Positions 8,553-17,739 of a stretch of DNA of 64,000 nucleotides are shown in pieces (position 1 is the first letter of the stretch; each line of letters begins with the position of its first letter). A model generated the notes under the pieces. The model searched no databases. It was not told the origin of the DNA and saw nothing but the letters and a program-made list of their open reading frames with translations. Made by a program: the position numbers and the translations under genes. This DNA is from Candidatus Eiseniibacteriota bacterium (GTDB taxonomy: Bacteria > Eisenbacteria > RBG-16-71-46 > DASYSL01). The stretch spans positions 1 through 64,000 of the forward strand of contig JBKJJJ010000215.1 of assembly GCA_046598045.1 (NCBI GenBank), written 5' to 3'.

Positions 8553-9779
8553 ATGGCGACCGCCTTCGGCCATGCCATGCGCGCCGAGTGGGCGCTCGAA
8601 CCCGAGACGCTCTACCTCAATCACGGCACGGTGGGTGCGCCGCCCCGGCGCGTGCTCGCGGCGCAGCAGGCGATCCGCGACGAGATCGAGCGCCAGCCGT
8701 CGCGCTTCCTCCTTAGGGAACTCTCGAGCGTCACGTTCGGACTGCCCCGGGACCAGCCGCCGCGCATGCGCCAGGCGGCCGAGCCGGTGGCCGCATTCCT
8801 CGGGGCGCGCGGCGACGACCTGGTGTTCGTCGATAATGTCACCGCCGGCGTGAACGCGGTCCTGCGCTCGCTCGAGTTCCTGCCCGGCGATGAGATCGTG
8901 ATCACGAACGAGGTCTACGGCGCGGTCGCGAAGACTGCGCAGTACGTCGCGCGGCGCGCGGGTGCGCACGTGCGCATTGCCACGCTGCCCGGGATCGCCG
9001 GCGATCCGCAGGAATTCGTCGACGCGGTCGCTGCCGGGCTCACGCCTCGCACACGTCTCGCGATCGTCGAGCATGTCGCCGCCGAGAGCGCGCTCGTGCT
9101 TCCGCTGGCCGCGATCGCGGCGCGCTGCCGCGCGGCGGGCGTGCCGGTGCTCGCCGACGGCGCGCACGCGCCGGGCGCGATCGCGTTCGACGTGACCGCG
9201 CTCGGCGTCGACTGGTATGCGGCGAATCTACACAAGTGGGCGTGGTCGCCGCGCAGCTGCGGCATCCTGTGGGCGCCGCCCGAACGGCAGGTCGACCTGC
9301 ATCCGCCCGTGATTTCGTGGGGACTCGACGAGGGCTTCACGCGCGAGTTCGACTGGGTCGGCACGCGCGACCCGTCCGCCGCGCTCGCCGCGCCGGTCGG
9401 TCTCGCGTTCATGCAGGAGCTCGGGTTGGACGCGGTGCGCGGGTACAACCACGCGCTCGCCTGGGACGGCGCGCGCCGGCTCGCCGAGCGCTGGGGCACG
9501 ACTCTCGCCATGACCGAGCCCTGGGTCGGCACCATGGCCACGGTCCCGCTGCCCGCGGCTGCGGGGAGCACCGGGGACGATGCGACCCGGCTACGCGACC
9601 GGCTGCTGTTCGAGGACCACATCGAGGCCCCGATTCACGCGCGGGACGGTGGCTTGCGCACCCGGATCTCCGGGCAGATCTACAATGAAATGGCGGATCT
9701 CGACCGCCTGGCCGCGGCCGTGGAGCGGGCGGTGACGACGGCCGGCGCTGGACGCGGTGGCGGGGGCGTGGCATCCTGA
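8553..9779 (+). CDS. Class V PLP-dependent aminotransferase (isopenicillin-N epimerase/Egt2-like C-S lyase family)
   Basis: YLNHGTVGA, DGAHAPG, NLHKW (PLP Lys) and FDWVGTRD. Confidence 0.88.
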   Translation: MATAFGHAMRAEWALEPETLYLNHGTVGAPPRRVLAAQQAIRDEIERQPSRFLLRELSSVTFGLPRDQPPRMRQAAEPVAAFLGARGDDLVFVDNVTAGVNAVLRSLEFLPGDEIVITNEVYGAVAKTAQYVARRAGAHVRIATLPGIAGDPQEFVDAVAAGLTPRTRLAIVEHVAAESALVLPLAAIAARCRAAGVPVLADGAHAPGAIAFDVTALGVDWYAANLHKWAWSPRSCGILWAPPERQVDLHPPVISWGLDEGFTREFDWVGTRDPSAALAAPVGLAFMQELGLDAVRGYNHALAWDGARRLAERWGTTLAMTEPWVGTMATVPLPAAAGSTGDDATRLRDRLLFEDHIEAPIHARDGGLRTRISGQIYNEMADLDRLAAAVERAVTTAGAGRGGGGVAS

Positions 9780-9834
9780 AGGGCCTGTTTCCCCATTCGG
9801 CACTCTTTTCCATGACCCGATCGGAGCGGTCCCC

Positions 9835-10773
9835 GTGCATGCACTGCCTGTGATTATCCGTGTCCTTCCGCGCGTCGCGCTCGCGACTTTCGCCGCGCTC
9901 GCGCTTGCCTCGTCGGCGCATGCGGCCAGCGTCCCGACGCTCGATCGCGTGGTCATCGTCGTGATGGAGAACAAGAGCTACGACGTGGCGCGCGCCCAGC
10001 CGTACACCGCGAGCCTCCAGCCGCAGGGCGCGACGCTCGCGCGCTCGTTCGGCGTGGCGCACCCTTCGCAGCCGAACTACTTCGGGCTGTTCGCGGGCTG
10101 GGACGTCAACATCGTCAACAACAACTGCCCGCCGGCCGGAGCCCCGTTCGCGCTCGAGAACCTCGGACACGCGCTCGAGGCCTCGGGCAGGACGTGGCGC
10201 GCATACAGCGAGAATCTGCCGAGCGCGGGCGCGACCGGCTGCTCCTATGACGGGGACGTCTCGACCGGCTTGTACACGAAGAAGCACGACCCGTGGACGT
10301 ACTTCACGAACGTCACCCACGCGAACGAGCGGCCATACTCGGACCTCGCGGCCGACATCGCCGCGAATACGTTGCCGAACCTCTCGTATGTCATTCCGAA
10401 CAACTGCCACAACAGCCACAACAGCTCGACGCCCGGATGTAATGCGGCCGGGGGCGACGCGTGGCTGTCGACCGCGCTGCCCCCGATCATCGCGGCGCTC
10501 GGGCCGAACGGCCTCTTGATCCTGACCTGGGACGAGGACGACAGCGCCTCGGGCAACCACATCCTGACGCTCTTCCTGGGGCCGAAGGTGCTACCGGGCG
10601 CGGTGTCGAACGTCTCGGTCTCGCACTACTCCGTGGTGCGCACGATTTGCGAGGCGATGGGACTGACCGCCTTCAACCAGGCGGTGTTCGCGGCCCCGAT
10701 CACCGATGTGTGGATCACGCCGACGCCGTCGCAACGGGCGAGCTGGGGTTCGCTCAAAGCCACGTACCGCTAG
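9835..10773 (+). CDS. Secreted phosphoesterase/acid phosphatase with WGxLKxxYR tail
   Basis: VVIVVMENKSY, HPSQPNY, Y..KHDPW, TWDE and HYSVVRTI; ends TPSQRASWGSLKATYR. GTG start is approximate. Confidence 0.85.
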   Translation: MHALPVIIRVLPRVALATFAALALASSAHAASVPTLDRVVIVVMENKSYDVARAQPYTASLQPQGATLARSFGVAHPSQPNYFGLFAGWDVNIVNNNCPPAGAPFALENLGHALEASGRTWRAYSENLPSAGATGCSYDGDVSTGLYTKKHDPWTYFTNVTHANERPYSDLAADIAANTLPNLSYVIPNNCHNSHNSSTPGCNAAGGDAWLSTALPPIIAALGPNGLLILTWDEDDSASGNHILTLFLGPKVLPGAVSNVSVSHYSVVRTICEAMGLTAFNQAVFAAPITDVWITPTPSQRASWGSLKATYR

Positions 10774-10789
10774 GGCACACGGAGGTGTC

Positions 10790-11839
10790 TTGAACTACCG
10801 TCGACTGGGCCGCACCGGCCTCAAGGTCTCGGAGATCGCGCTCGGATCGTGGACCACGTATGGCGGGTCGGTGGACAGCGCCGACGCCGTGGCGATCGTG
10901 CGGCGCGCGTTCGAGCTCGGCATCAACCTGTTCGACACCGCCGACGTGTATGTCCGCGGCGCGGCCGAGACCGTGCTCGGCCTCGCGCTCGAAGCGTTGC
11001 CGCGCGAACAGGTCGTGATCGCGACCAAGTGCATGGGCCGCGTCTGGGACGGGCCGCTCGGCGCGGGGCTGTCGCGCAAGCACATCTTCGACGCGGTCGA
11101 GCAGAGCCTGCGCCGCCTGCGCACGGACTACATCGATCTCTACCAGCTCCACGCGCCGGACAAGGACACTCCGATCGAGGAAACCCTGCGCGCGTTCGAG
11201 GACCTCGTGCGCTCCGGCAAGGTGCGCTACATCGGTTACTCGAACTTCGATCGCTCGGCGCCGCTCGACCGGAGAGTGCTCGAACACCAGAAGCAGAGCG
11301 GCTACGACGTCATGGTCTCGAGCCAGCCGCGCTGGAACCTGCTCGACCGCCATGTCGAGCAGGGGCACGCCGCCCTGTGCGCGAAGTGGGGCGTCGGCCT
11401 GATCGTCTATTCGCCGCTGGCGCAGGGCGTGCTCACGAACAAGTACGCCGGCATGGCCAAGCCCGAGGGCAGCCGCGCCACCTCGAAGTTCGCGCACTTC
11501 CTCGAGTCCGAACAGGCGCTCACGCCCGACCACGTGGCGAAGACCGAGCGCTTCGCGGCCTGGGCGCAGGCGCACGGCGGCGGAACCACCGCGCAGCTCG
11601 CGCTGGCGTGGGTGCTCGAGCACGACGTGGTCTCGAGCGCGATCATCGGCGCGACCCGCATCTCGCAACTCGAGGAGAACGTCAAGGCGAGTGAGCTCAA
11701 GCTCGGCGCGGCCGAGTGGAAGCGGGCCGAGGCGGCCGTCGCCGGCCGGGCCGCACGCGCGCCGGGAGCGGGTGCGGCCAAAGCTCGCACCCCGAAGGCC
11801 GCCCCGAAGGCCGCCCCGAAGCGCGGCAAGAAGCGGTGA
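10790..11839 (+). CDS. Aldo/keto reductase (Kv-beta-like)
   Basis: TTG start after GGAGG; YRRLGRTGLKVSEIALG, FDTADVY, SLRRLRTDYIDLYQLH and YSPLAQGVLT. Confidence 0.93.
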   Translation: MNYRRLGRTGLKVSEIALGSWTTYGGSVDSADAVAIVRRAFELGINLFDTADVYVRGAAETVLGLALEALPREQVVIATKCMGRVWDGPLGAGLSRKHIFDAVEQSLRRLRTDYIDLYQLHAPDKDTPIEETLRAFEDLVRSGKVRYIGYSNFDRSAPLDRRVLEHQKQSGYDVMVSSQPRWNLLDRHVEQGHAALCAKWGVGLIVYSPLAQGVLTNKYAGMAKPEGSRATSKFAHFLESEQALTPDHVAKTERFAAWAQAHGGGTTAQLALAWVLEHDVVSSAIIGATRISQLEENVKASELKLGAAEWKRAEAAVAGRAARAPGAGAAKARTPKAAPKAAPKRGKKR

Positions 11840-12831
11840 CCTCCGGGCCGCGCGCGCCCGCGCCGCGCGGCTGGCCGGCCGCGGTCACGGCGCTGTACCT
11901 CCTCGGCGCCGCGCTCCTCGTCACGTTCTACACGCTGCGCACCGTGTGGGTGCTGCCTTACGGCATGGACGGTTTCACCTACGGGGAGCCGCCCTTCCCG
12001 TTTCGTTACCGCATGCTCGTGCCGCTGCTCGCGCGCGGCCTGGTGGCCGTGGCGCACATCCCGCTCGCCTGGGCGTATGCGGCGCTCGCGACGCTCTCCG
12101 TGTTCGCGCTGCTGCTGGTGTTCGACCGCACGCTCGCGCAGTACGCGCGGCGCGATACCGCGCGGGTGCTCGCGCCATTCGTGCTCTACCCGCTGGCTTG
12201 GAACTACTGCGGCCTGAACCTGCTGTACTTCCCGTTCGACCTGCCCGGCGTGTTCTTCTTCGCGGCGGCGCTGCTGGCGATCACGCGCCGGCAGTTTCGC
12301 TTCTACTATCCCGTGTTCGCGCTCGCGACCCTGAACCGCGAGACCACGTGGTTCTACTCGGTCGTCTTCCTGTTCGTCCTCTACCGGCGTATGCCGGCGC
12401 GGGCGCTCGCGCTGCACGTGCTCGCGCAGGCCGCGCTATGGATCGGAATCAAGGCCGCGCTCTACCGGGCGTTCCCGTCAGCCGAGCCGCACCTGTTCGC
12501 GAACATGCTCGCCCAGAACGCCTCGACCTGGCGCGGCATGCTCACGCTCCACGGCAGCGGGCTCAAGGACTGGGCGAAGCTCTTCCTCATGTTCGGCGGG
12601 CTCTGGCTCGCGCTGCCGTTCACGGGGCGGGGGCGACCGGAGCCGGTGCGGCGCGCGCTGTTCGCGGCGCCGGTGTTCGTCCTGCCGATGCTGGTCGTGG
12701 GCACGATCGACGAGGCGCGGGTGTACGGCGAATTGATCCCGCTGGTCGCGCTTCCCTCGCTGTTGTGGCTCGCGGCGCGGCTGGAGGGGGACCCGGTCAC
12801 GGGTCTGGTTCCGGGCATCCCGGGCCCGTGA
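11836..12831 (+). CDS. Polytopic membrane protein, possibly GT-C-like
   Basis: GTGA overlap with the AKR stop; multiple TM helices; PF..R.LVP and LATLNRET motifs. Confidence 0.6.
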   Translation: MTSGPRAPAPRGWPAAVTALYLLGAALLVTFYTLRTVWVLPYGMDGFTYGEPPFPFRYRMLVPLLARGLVAVAHIPLAWAYAALATLSVFALLLVFDRTLAQYARRDTARVLAPFVLYPLAWNYCGLNLLYFPFDLPGVFFFAAALLAITRRQFRFYYPVFALATLNRETTWFYSVVFLFVLYRRMPARALALHVLAQAALWIGIKAALYRAFPSAEPHLFANMLAQNASTWRGMLTLHGSGLKDWAKLFLMFGGLWLALPFTGRGRPEPVRRALFAAPVFVLPMLVVGTIDEARVYGELIPLVALPSLLWLAARLEGDPVTGLVPGIPGP

Positions 12832-12852
12832 GGCGCGCCGGATCAGGGGAGA

Positions 12853-13449
12853 CTAGGACTTCGGCTTCGGCAGCGCCTTTTCGATCTCCTTGATCACGGC
12901 CGGGTCGAGCGGATCGAGCTTCGGGTCGAAGCGCGCGACGATGCGCCCGTCCGGCGCGACCAGGAACTTCGCGAAGTTCCAGCCGATGTCGCCCGGGAAG
13001 GGCGAGTCCCTGGTCAGGTAGTGGTAGAGCGGGGCGATGTCCTTGCCCTTGACGCTGATCTTCGCGAACACCGGGAAGGTCACGCCGTAGTTGACCGCGC
13101 AAAACGTCTGGATGTCCGCGTCGCTGCCCGGCTCCTGCCACAGGAAGTTGTTCGCCGGGAACGCGACCACCTCGAGCCCCTTGTCCTTGAAGCGCTCGTA
13201 CAGCGTCTCGAGCGACTCGTACTGCGGCGTGAGCCCGCACTTCGATGCGCTGTTGACGATCAAGAGCGCCTTGCCCCTGAACTCCGAGAGCGAGCGCTCC
13301 GGCCCGGCCGCGGTCTTCACGTTGAAATCGTAGACGCTGTTCGCCACGCGGGTCTTCTCCTTGGGCGCGCGCGCGGCGGGGGCCGCCGGGGCGCCGGGGG
13401 GCAATGCGAGCATCACCGCGAGCGCGGCGAGCGTGACCACGGCTCTCAT
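12853..13449 (-). CDS. gpx: Glutathione peroxidase family (Cys type) with signal peptide
   Basis: LLIVNSASKCGLTPQY, FPANNFLWQEPG and WNFAKFLV. Confidence 0.93.
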   Translation of the reverse strand: MRAVVTLAALAVMLALPPGAPAAPAARAPKEKTRVANSVYDFNVKTAAGPERSLSEFRGKALLIVNSASKCGLTPQYESLETLYERFKDKGLEVVAFPANNFLWQEPGSDADIQTFCAVNYGVTFPVFAKISVKGKDIAPLYHYLTRDSPFPGDIGWNFAKFLVAPDGRIVARFDPKLDPLDPAVIKEIEKALPKPKS

Positions 13450-13538
13450 CTGGAAATCTCCGGATCGAGTCGCAAGAGGGATGGCCGCAGTGTGCCACGA
13501 ATCGACGTCCGCCGGAACCCCCCGCTCGAAGCGGACGA

Positions 13539-15359
13539 TCAAATCCGCGTGAACCGCGAGGATCTCCGGGCAGCCCGGCCATTGGTCTCGTCGGTGACCT
13601 CGAGCACGAGTTCGTAGGATCCCGGCGGCAATCCGCGCAGAGGCGCCGTCACGAACTGCCTCCGGTGCGAACCCAGGTTCGATTCCTCGCGCACGGCGTC
13701 GTATACCGGTCCCGCGTTCGTGCGCCGCTTCCCGGATCGATCGAGTGCGTACATCGCCGTGCGATAACGGAATCGCGCCGGGCGCGCCGGATCCGAGAGC
13801 AGGCGATCGATCTCGCAGTAGAGCGTGAGCTGGCCCCCGGAGACACGGCCGCCGATCGCGGGTTCGAGTCGCCTCGGGTCCGGCGATGATCCGGCGCGCA
13901 CGTCGGCGCAGAGCAGGAGCAGGTCGCTGAGCGTCGGGCCGATCGGGGGTGCTTCGACCACCAGGGCGCGATGCTCGACCCCCCGCTTGCCGCGTCCGTC
14001 CCACGCCGCGAAGTCCACCCGGTAGCGGCCCGGAGCGACGTTGGTCGTAAACGTCCCGGCGCGGTCGCGCGCCGGTTCGCAGGTCGATGCGTCGAGCCGG
14101 GCCGTCGCGGTCGCCACGACATGCCCCGTCGAGTCCGCCACCGCCCACGAGCCCCACAACGAGTCGCTGCTGTTGCCCGTTGCGCGAATGCTCCCGACGA
14201 CCCGGGCGTCCGCGCCCGAGGGAAAGCGATCGCACTCCGCTTCGAGGGGGAGCCGCTTCAGCCCCGGGGCCATCGCGCGGTAGACGCCGCGCCCGTCACC
14301 GAACGGGACGAGGTCATCCCGCCCCGCCAGCGTCGCGGGGTCGGGACGGGGGTCCTGCTCGCGTTGCTTCGAGTAGGGGAGATCATACGTGCTGGTGAGG
14401 AAGCGGTCCCACAGCGTCACGTCCATGCCGAGTTCGGGGTAGTGCCAGACCTGCATGTCATACGGGAACCCGATCGGGCCCGGGGCGTAGAGCGGGCGCT
14501 GCGCATCCGGTGCATAATGGAATTCCAGTTCCTGCTCCCATCCGAGCTGGGCCCATGCCGGGCCAAACTCGATGCCCGACGGCGGCCCGTAGCGCACGAA
14601 CAGCTCGGCGCGCATGTCCCAGTGCATGGCGCCCTGGTCCGAGAACAGGAAGAGCGCGAGCGCGAAGCGCGCGAGGTAGTCGAGCTCGGCTTCGTTTTCC
14701 GGCGTCGTGAGGTCGGGATCGTGGCCGGCCCACACGAAGCCGGCTCGTTCGACACGGGCCGCGAGCGAATCGGGGAGGTGCCGGCGCGCTTCGCGGAACG
14801 CGCTGTCCGCGTAGGCCAGCGACCCGAGTCTGAACAGCGAAGCGCCGAGCATCCACATGGGCTGCGGCGCGCGCGGGTCCGTCTCGTTGGCGCGCAATGC
14901 CGCGCGGAGCCCGGCGCGCGGGTCGCCCCGCAGGAGAGCGCAGGCGGCGAGCGACGCCCACGGCTCCGCATCCTCCGGCGCGAGCACGGTCGCCTGCTCG
15001 TAGGATGCGCGTGCCTGGTCGAGCGCGGCGCGATCCACGCGGCGCAGCCACTCGTCTTTCCACGCATCACCGAGCGACGTCCAGGCTTCGGCGGCCGCCG
15101 GGGCGGCCCGCGCCGCGCGCTCGAAGCACGCCTTCGCGCGCTCGTGGTGACCAGCCCGGGCGCACGCGCGGCCGAACGCGAGCCACAGGTCCGCGCGCCG
15201 GGGCGCGAGGCGACACGCCTCCTCGAGTGCCCGCAACGCGCGCGCGCGCGATTCCGGGTCGGACCAACTGACTGGATCGGCGGAGCGGCGGGGGAGGGAA
15301 TCGGCGCCGGTGCCGGACGGGGGCGTCGCCAGCATGAGGACGAACAGGATCGGAACCAT
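13539..15359 (-). CDS. TPR + GWxTD-domain protein
   Basis: N-terminal TPRs; DPDLTTPENEAELDYLAR...WDMRAELFVRYGPP (GWxTD-like); C-terminal Ig-like domains (LSDLLL, GSYELVLEVTD). Confidence 0.75.
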   Translation of the reverse strand: MVPILFVLMLATPPSGTGADSLPRRSADPVSWSDPESRARALRALEEACRLAPRRADLWLAFGRACARAGHHERAKACFERAARAAPAAAEAWTSLGDAWKDEWLRRVDRAALDQARASYEQATVLAPEDAEPWASLAACALLRGDPRAGLRAALRANETDPRAPQPMWMLGASLFRLGSLAYADSAFREARRHLPDSLAARVERAGFVWAGHDPDLTTPENEAELDYLARFALALFLFSDQGAMHWDMRAELFVRYGPPSGIEFGPAWAQLGWEQELEFHYAPDAQRPLYAPGPIGFPYDMQVWHYPELGMDVTLWDRFLTSTYDLPYSKQREQDPRPDPATLAGRDDLVPFGDGRGVYRAMAPGLKRLPLEAECDRFPSGADARVVGSIRATGNSSDSLWGSWAVADSTGHVVATATARLDASTCEPARDRAGTFTTNVAPGRYRVDFAAWDGRGKRGVEHRALVVEAPPIGPTLSDLLLLCADVRAGSSPDPRRLEPAIGGRVSGGQLTLYCEIDRLLSDPARPARFRYRTAMYALDRSGKRRTNAGPVYDAVREESNLGSHRRQFVTAPLRGLPPGSYELVLEVTDETNGRAARRSSRFTRI

Positions 15360-15675
15360 CCGCAAAACGCTAGCACCGAACCAGTCGGATTCGAAATTCG
15401 AGTTTCCGGCCCCGGGTTGACGGGTCGGGTGCGCGCGGCCCTCTTCGCCGCGAGGGCCGCCGACGGCGCGCCCAGCGAGTCGAACTTCGTCCACCTGTAC
15501 GCAAATGGCGCGCGCTACACGGAAAAGCCAGCAGGCGCGCGGTTATCGACGTCGTAGGCAAACCGGCCTGCGGACGCGGCACCACGCGCGCCCGCGGACC
15601 GCTTGTTCCCGCTGGCAGGGGCGTGCGGCGGCGTGTGCTACGTTCGGCAGTGGCCCCAGGCCAAGGAGGTGCTGT

Positions 15676-16182
15676 ATGTCGAAACACATGACGCGGGCAG
15701 GGATGCTGTTGCTCCTGTCAGCGATCCCCGCAGCGGCACAGGATTCCGGTCCCACCCCGCTCGCGACCATCATCCAGGCGATGCAGCTCCCGACGCAGGC
15801 GAAGCAGTCGCGCGCGCTTGGCGTCCCGGAATCGGACCTGTCGGCGATCCTCACGCACGCCCGCCAGAACCAGGTCCCGGCGGCGACGATCAGCGACCTG
15901 CTGTGGCAGGAGAACGACGCCATCCGCAAGCACGGCCGGATCGACAACTTCGGTTCGTTCGTGCAATCGAAGCTCGACCAGGGCCTGCGCGGCAAGGAGC
16001 TGGCGGCGGCGATTCACGCCGAGCATGCCGCGCGCGGCATGGGCAAGGGCAATGGCAAGGGTGAGGGCAAAATGAAGTCCGGCATGAAGGGCGGGATGCC
16101 CGATATGCCCGACAAGCCCGGCATGAAGGGCCGCAAGCCCGAGTCCCCCGGTCAATCGGGCAAGAAGGGAGGCGGGCGATGA
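15676..16182 (+). CDS. Secreted hypothetical protein with Lys/Gly-rich tail
   Basis: RBS AAGGAGG and signal peptide; ATGA overlap with the next gene. Confidence 0.7.
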   Translation: MSKHMTRAGMLLLLSAIPAAAQDSGPTPLATIIQAMQLPTQAKQSRALGVPESDLSAILTHARQNQVPAATISDLLWQENDAIRKHGRIDNFGSFVQSKLDQGLRGKELAAAIHAEHAARGMGKGNGKGEGKMKSGMKGGMPDMPDKPGMKGRKPESPGQSGKKGGGR

Positions 16183-16526
16183 ACTCCATCCGTTCGATGC
16201 AGGTTTCGGCCTGGGCGGCGCTGGCGCTGGGCCTCACCCTCGTCGCGTCCGGCTGCGCCCAGAAGGCCGGGGAGGACTCGACCGTCGAGAAGACGTCGAC
16301 GACCGAGACCGTCGCCGCCACGGAGACGCCGGCCGCCGCCACGACGCTCGAGGGGGCCCGCCAGGCGGGGGCGATCGCCGCCGAGATCGCGAAGGAGCCC
16401 GCGCGTTCGGTCGAGATTCTCAAGGCCCATGGAATGACGACCGAGTCGTACCAGGCCGTCCTCTATGACATTGCCGCGGACGCTGCGCTGACCGACGCCT
16501 ATGAGGACGCCCGCACCAGTTCGTAG
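16179..16526 (+). CDS. Hypothetical lipoprotein
   Basis: Lipobox LVASGC; coupled to the upstream gene. Confidence 0.7.
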   Translation: MNSIRSMQVSAWAALALGLTLVASGCAQKAGEDSTVEKTSTTETVAATETPAAATTLEGARQAGAIAAEIAKEPARSVEILKAHGMTTESYQAVLYDIAADAALTDAYEDARTSS

Positions 16527-16850
16527 CACGGGGTTTTCGGACCAAAGGGGAGGGCGAATCGTCCCCGGAGCCCGGTCCGGGCGTGCGCTCGCTCCCCGGA
16601 CCGGGGCCGGGCACCCCCGGGGACGCTATCCCGAAATTTTGGAGCTTCGTCCGGTCACAATATGTTGACTCCCAAGCGCTGGGGTGGGATTCTACCTGTC
16701 GCCCTATCACCTGCCTTCCCCCAAGGTAGTGAGGACCGGGTTGAGTCACATCCAGCCCGCAGACTCGGCGGCGCACGGACATTGCTTGAAAGCGCCCACG
16801 GTATATCCGAGGCCATCCCACGACGCGCAAGAGGACCAGGAGGGGCAACC

Positions 16851-17522
16851 ATGAAGTTGGTACGGAGTTTCCTTAGCATTGCGGGGCTGCTGTTGATTGC
16901 GACGAGTGCGACTGCCTTGCCGCTGCGCTCGCCGCAGGTGGTCTTCAACTACGGGCCTCTCCAGGGCTACCTGAACGTCGTCGACGCCGGCATCAATGTC
17001 GCGACGGACCAGCTCGCCGCGCAGGCCTGGTCGGTCTCGATCACGGGCAACACCGACTTCACGCTCGCGCTCAAGGGCGGGGCGGGTGGCGGCAATTCGG
17101 TCGGCGTGTACAACGGCGCCGCCGGCCCCGCCCCGGCGCTGTTCCAGGTGTTCCCGCCGGCGGCCGCGCCGGACTGGTACGCCACGCTGCACTTCGCCGG
17201 CGGCAACCTGACCGTGACCCTGTTCGACCAGAACTCGAACATCATGGGCCAGTCGTTCTACCCCGGGGTGGACAAGAACAACTTCGGCTTCTACACGAAT
17301 GGCCCGTGCGGACTGTGGTATTCGCAGGACTTCCGCAACCCGGCGCCGCAGATGCTCTCGTACGCCAGCAACACGCTGCCGGGCGACTACTGGCTGTGCT
17401 GGTCGGCCTGCCAGTACAACGCGGCGAGCACGTTCGACAACATCGTGATCAACGTCCAGTCGGTCCGTCCGACGCCGGCCGCGACCACGACGTGGGGCAA
17501 GCTGAAGGATTCGTACCGCTAG
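16851..17522 (+). CDS. Secreted beta-rich protein with WGxLKxxYR tail
   Basis: RBS AGGAGG and signal peptide; FGFY...YSQD...N motif reminiscent of PEP-CTERM cargo (DUF4114-like); ends TPAATTTWGKLKDSYR. Confidence 0.8.
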   Translation: MKLVRSFLSIAGLLLIATSATALPLRSPQVVFNYGPLQGYLNVVDAGINVATDQLAAQAWSVSITGNTDFTLALKGGAGGGNSVGVYNGAAGPAPALFQVFPPAAAPDWYATLHFAGGNLTVTLFDQNSNIMGQSFYPGVDKNNFGFYTNGPCGLWYSQDFRNPAPQMLSYASNTLPGDYWLCWSACQYNAASTFDNIVINVQSVRPTPAATTTWGKLKDSYR

Positions 17523-17565
17523 GCATTTCCGACGGCTGCCCCCCTCCGGCGGTCGCCCGGCATGT

Positions 17566-17595
17566 GAGCCCCCGCGTGGCAGCACGCGGGGGCTC
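17566..17595 (+). terminator. Stem-loop downstream of the 16851 gene
   Basis: Perfect 13-bp stem gagcccccgcgtg/cacgcgggggctc; weak U-tail. Confidence 0.6.
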
Positions 17596-17739
17596 TCTGC
17601 ATCCGATCCCCTCGATCGGCCCGGATTCGGTATCATTGAAGCTGCTCCATCCATTGAGTGTGCCCGTCGTCGCCCCTCGCTCCATCCCCCGGCGCGTCGT
17701 GGGCGACCGCGGGCGAACCCAGGCCCAGGAATCCTCGCG

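Noticed and set aside
11792..11821. 12-bp tandem repeat ccgaaggccgcc
   Set aside because: It simply encodes a low-complexity PKAA tail of the AKR.
5519..13449. Possible selenocysteine in MsrB or GPx
   Set aside because: Both have ordinary Cys codons at the catalytic positions and no in-frame TGA.
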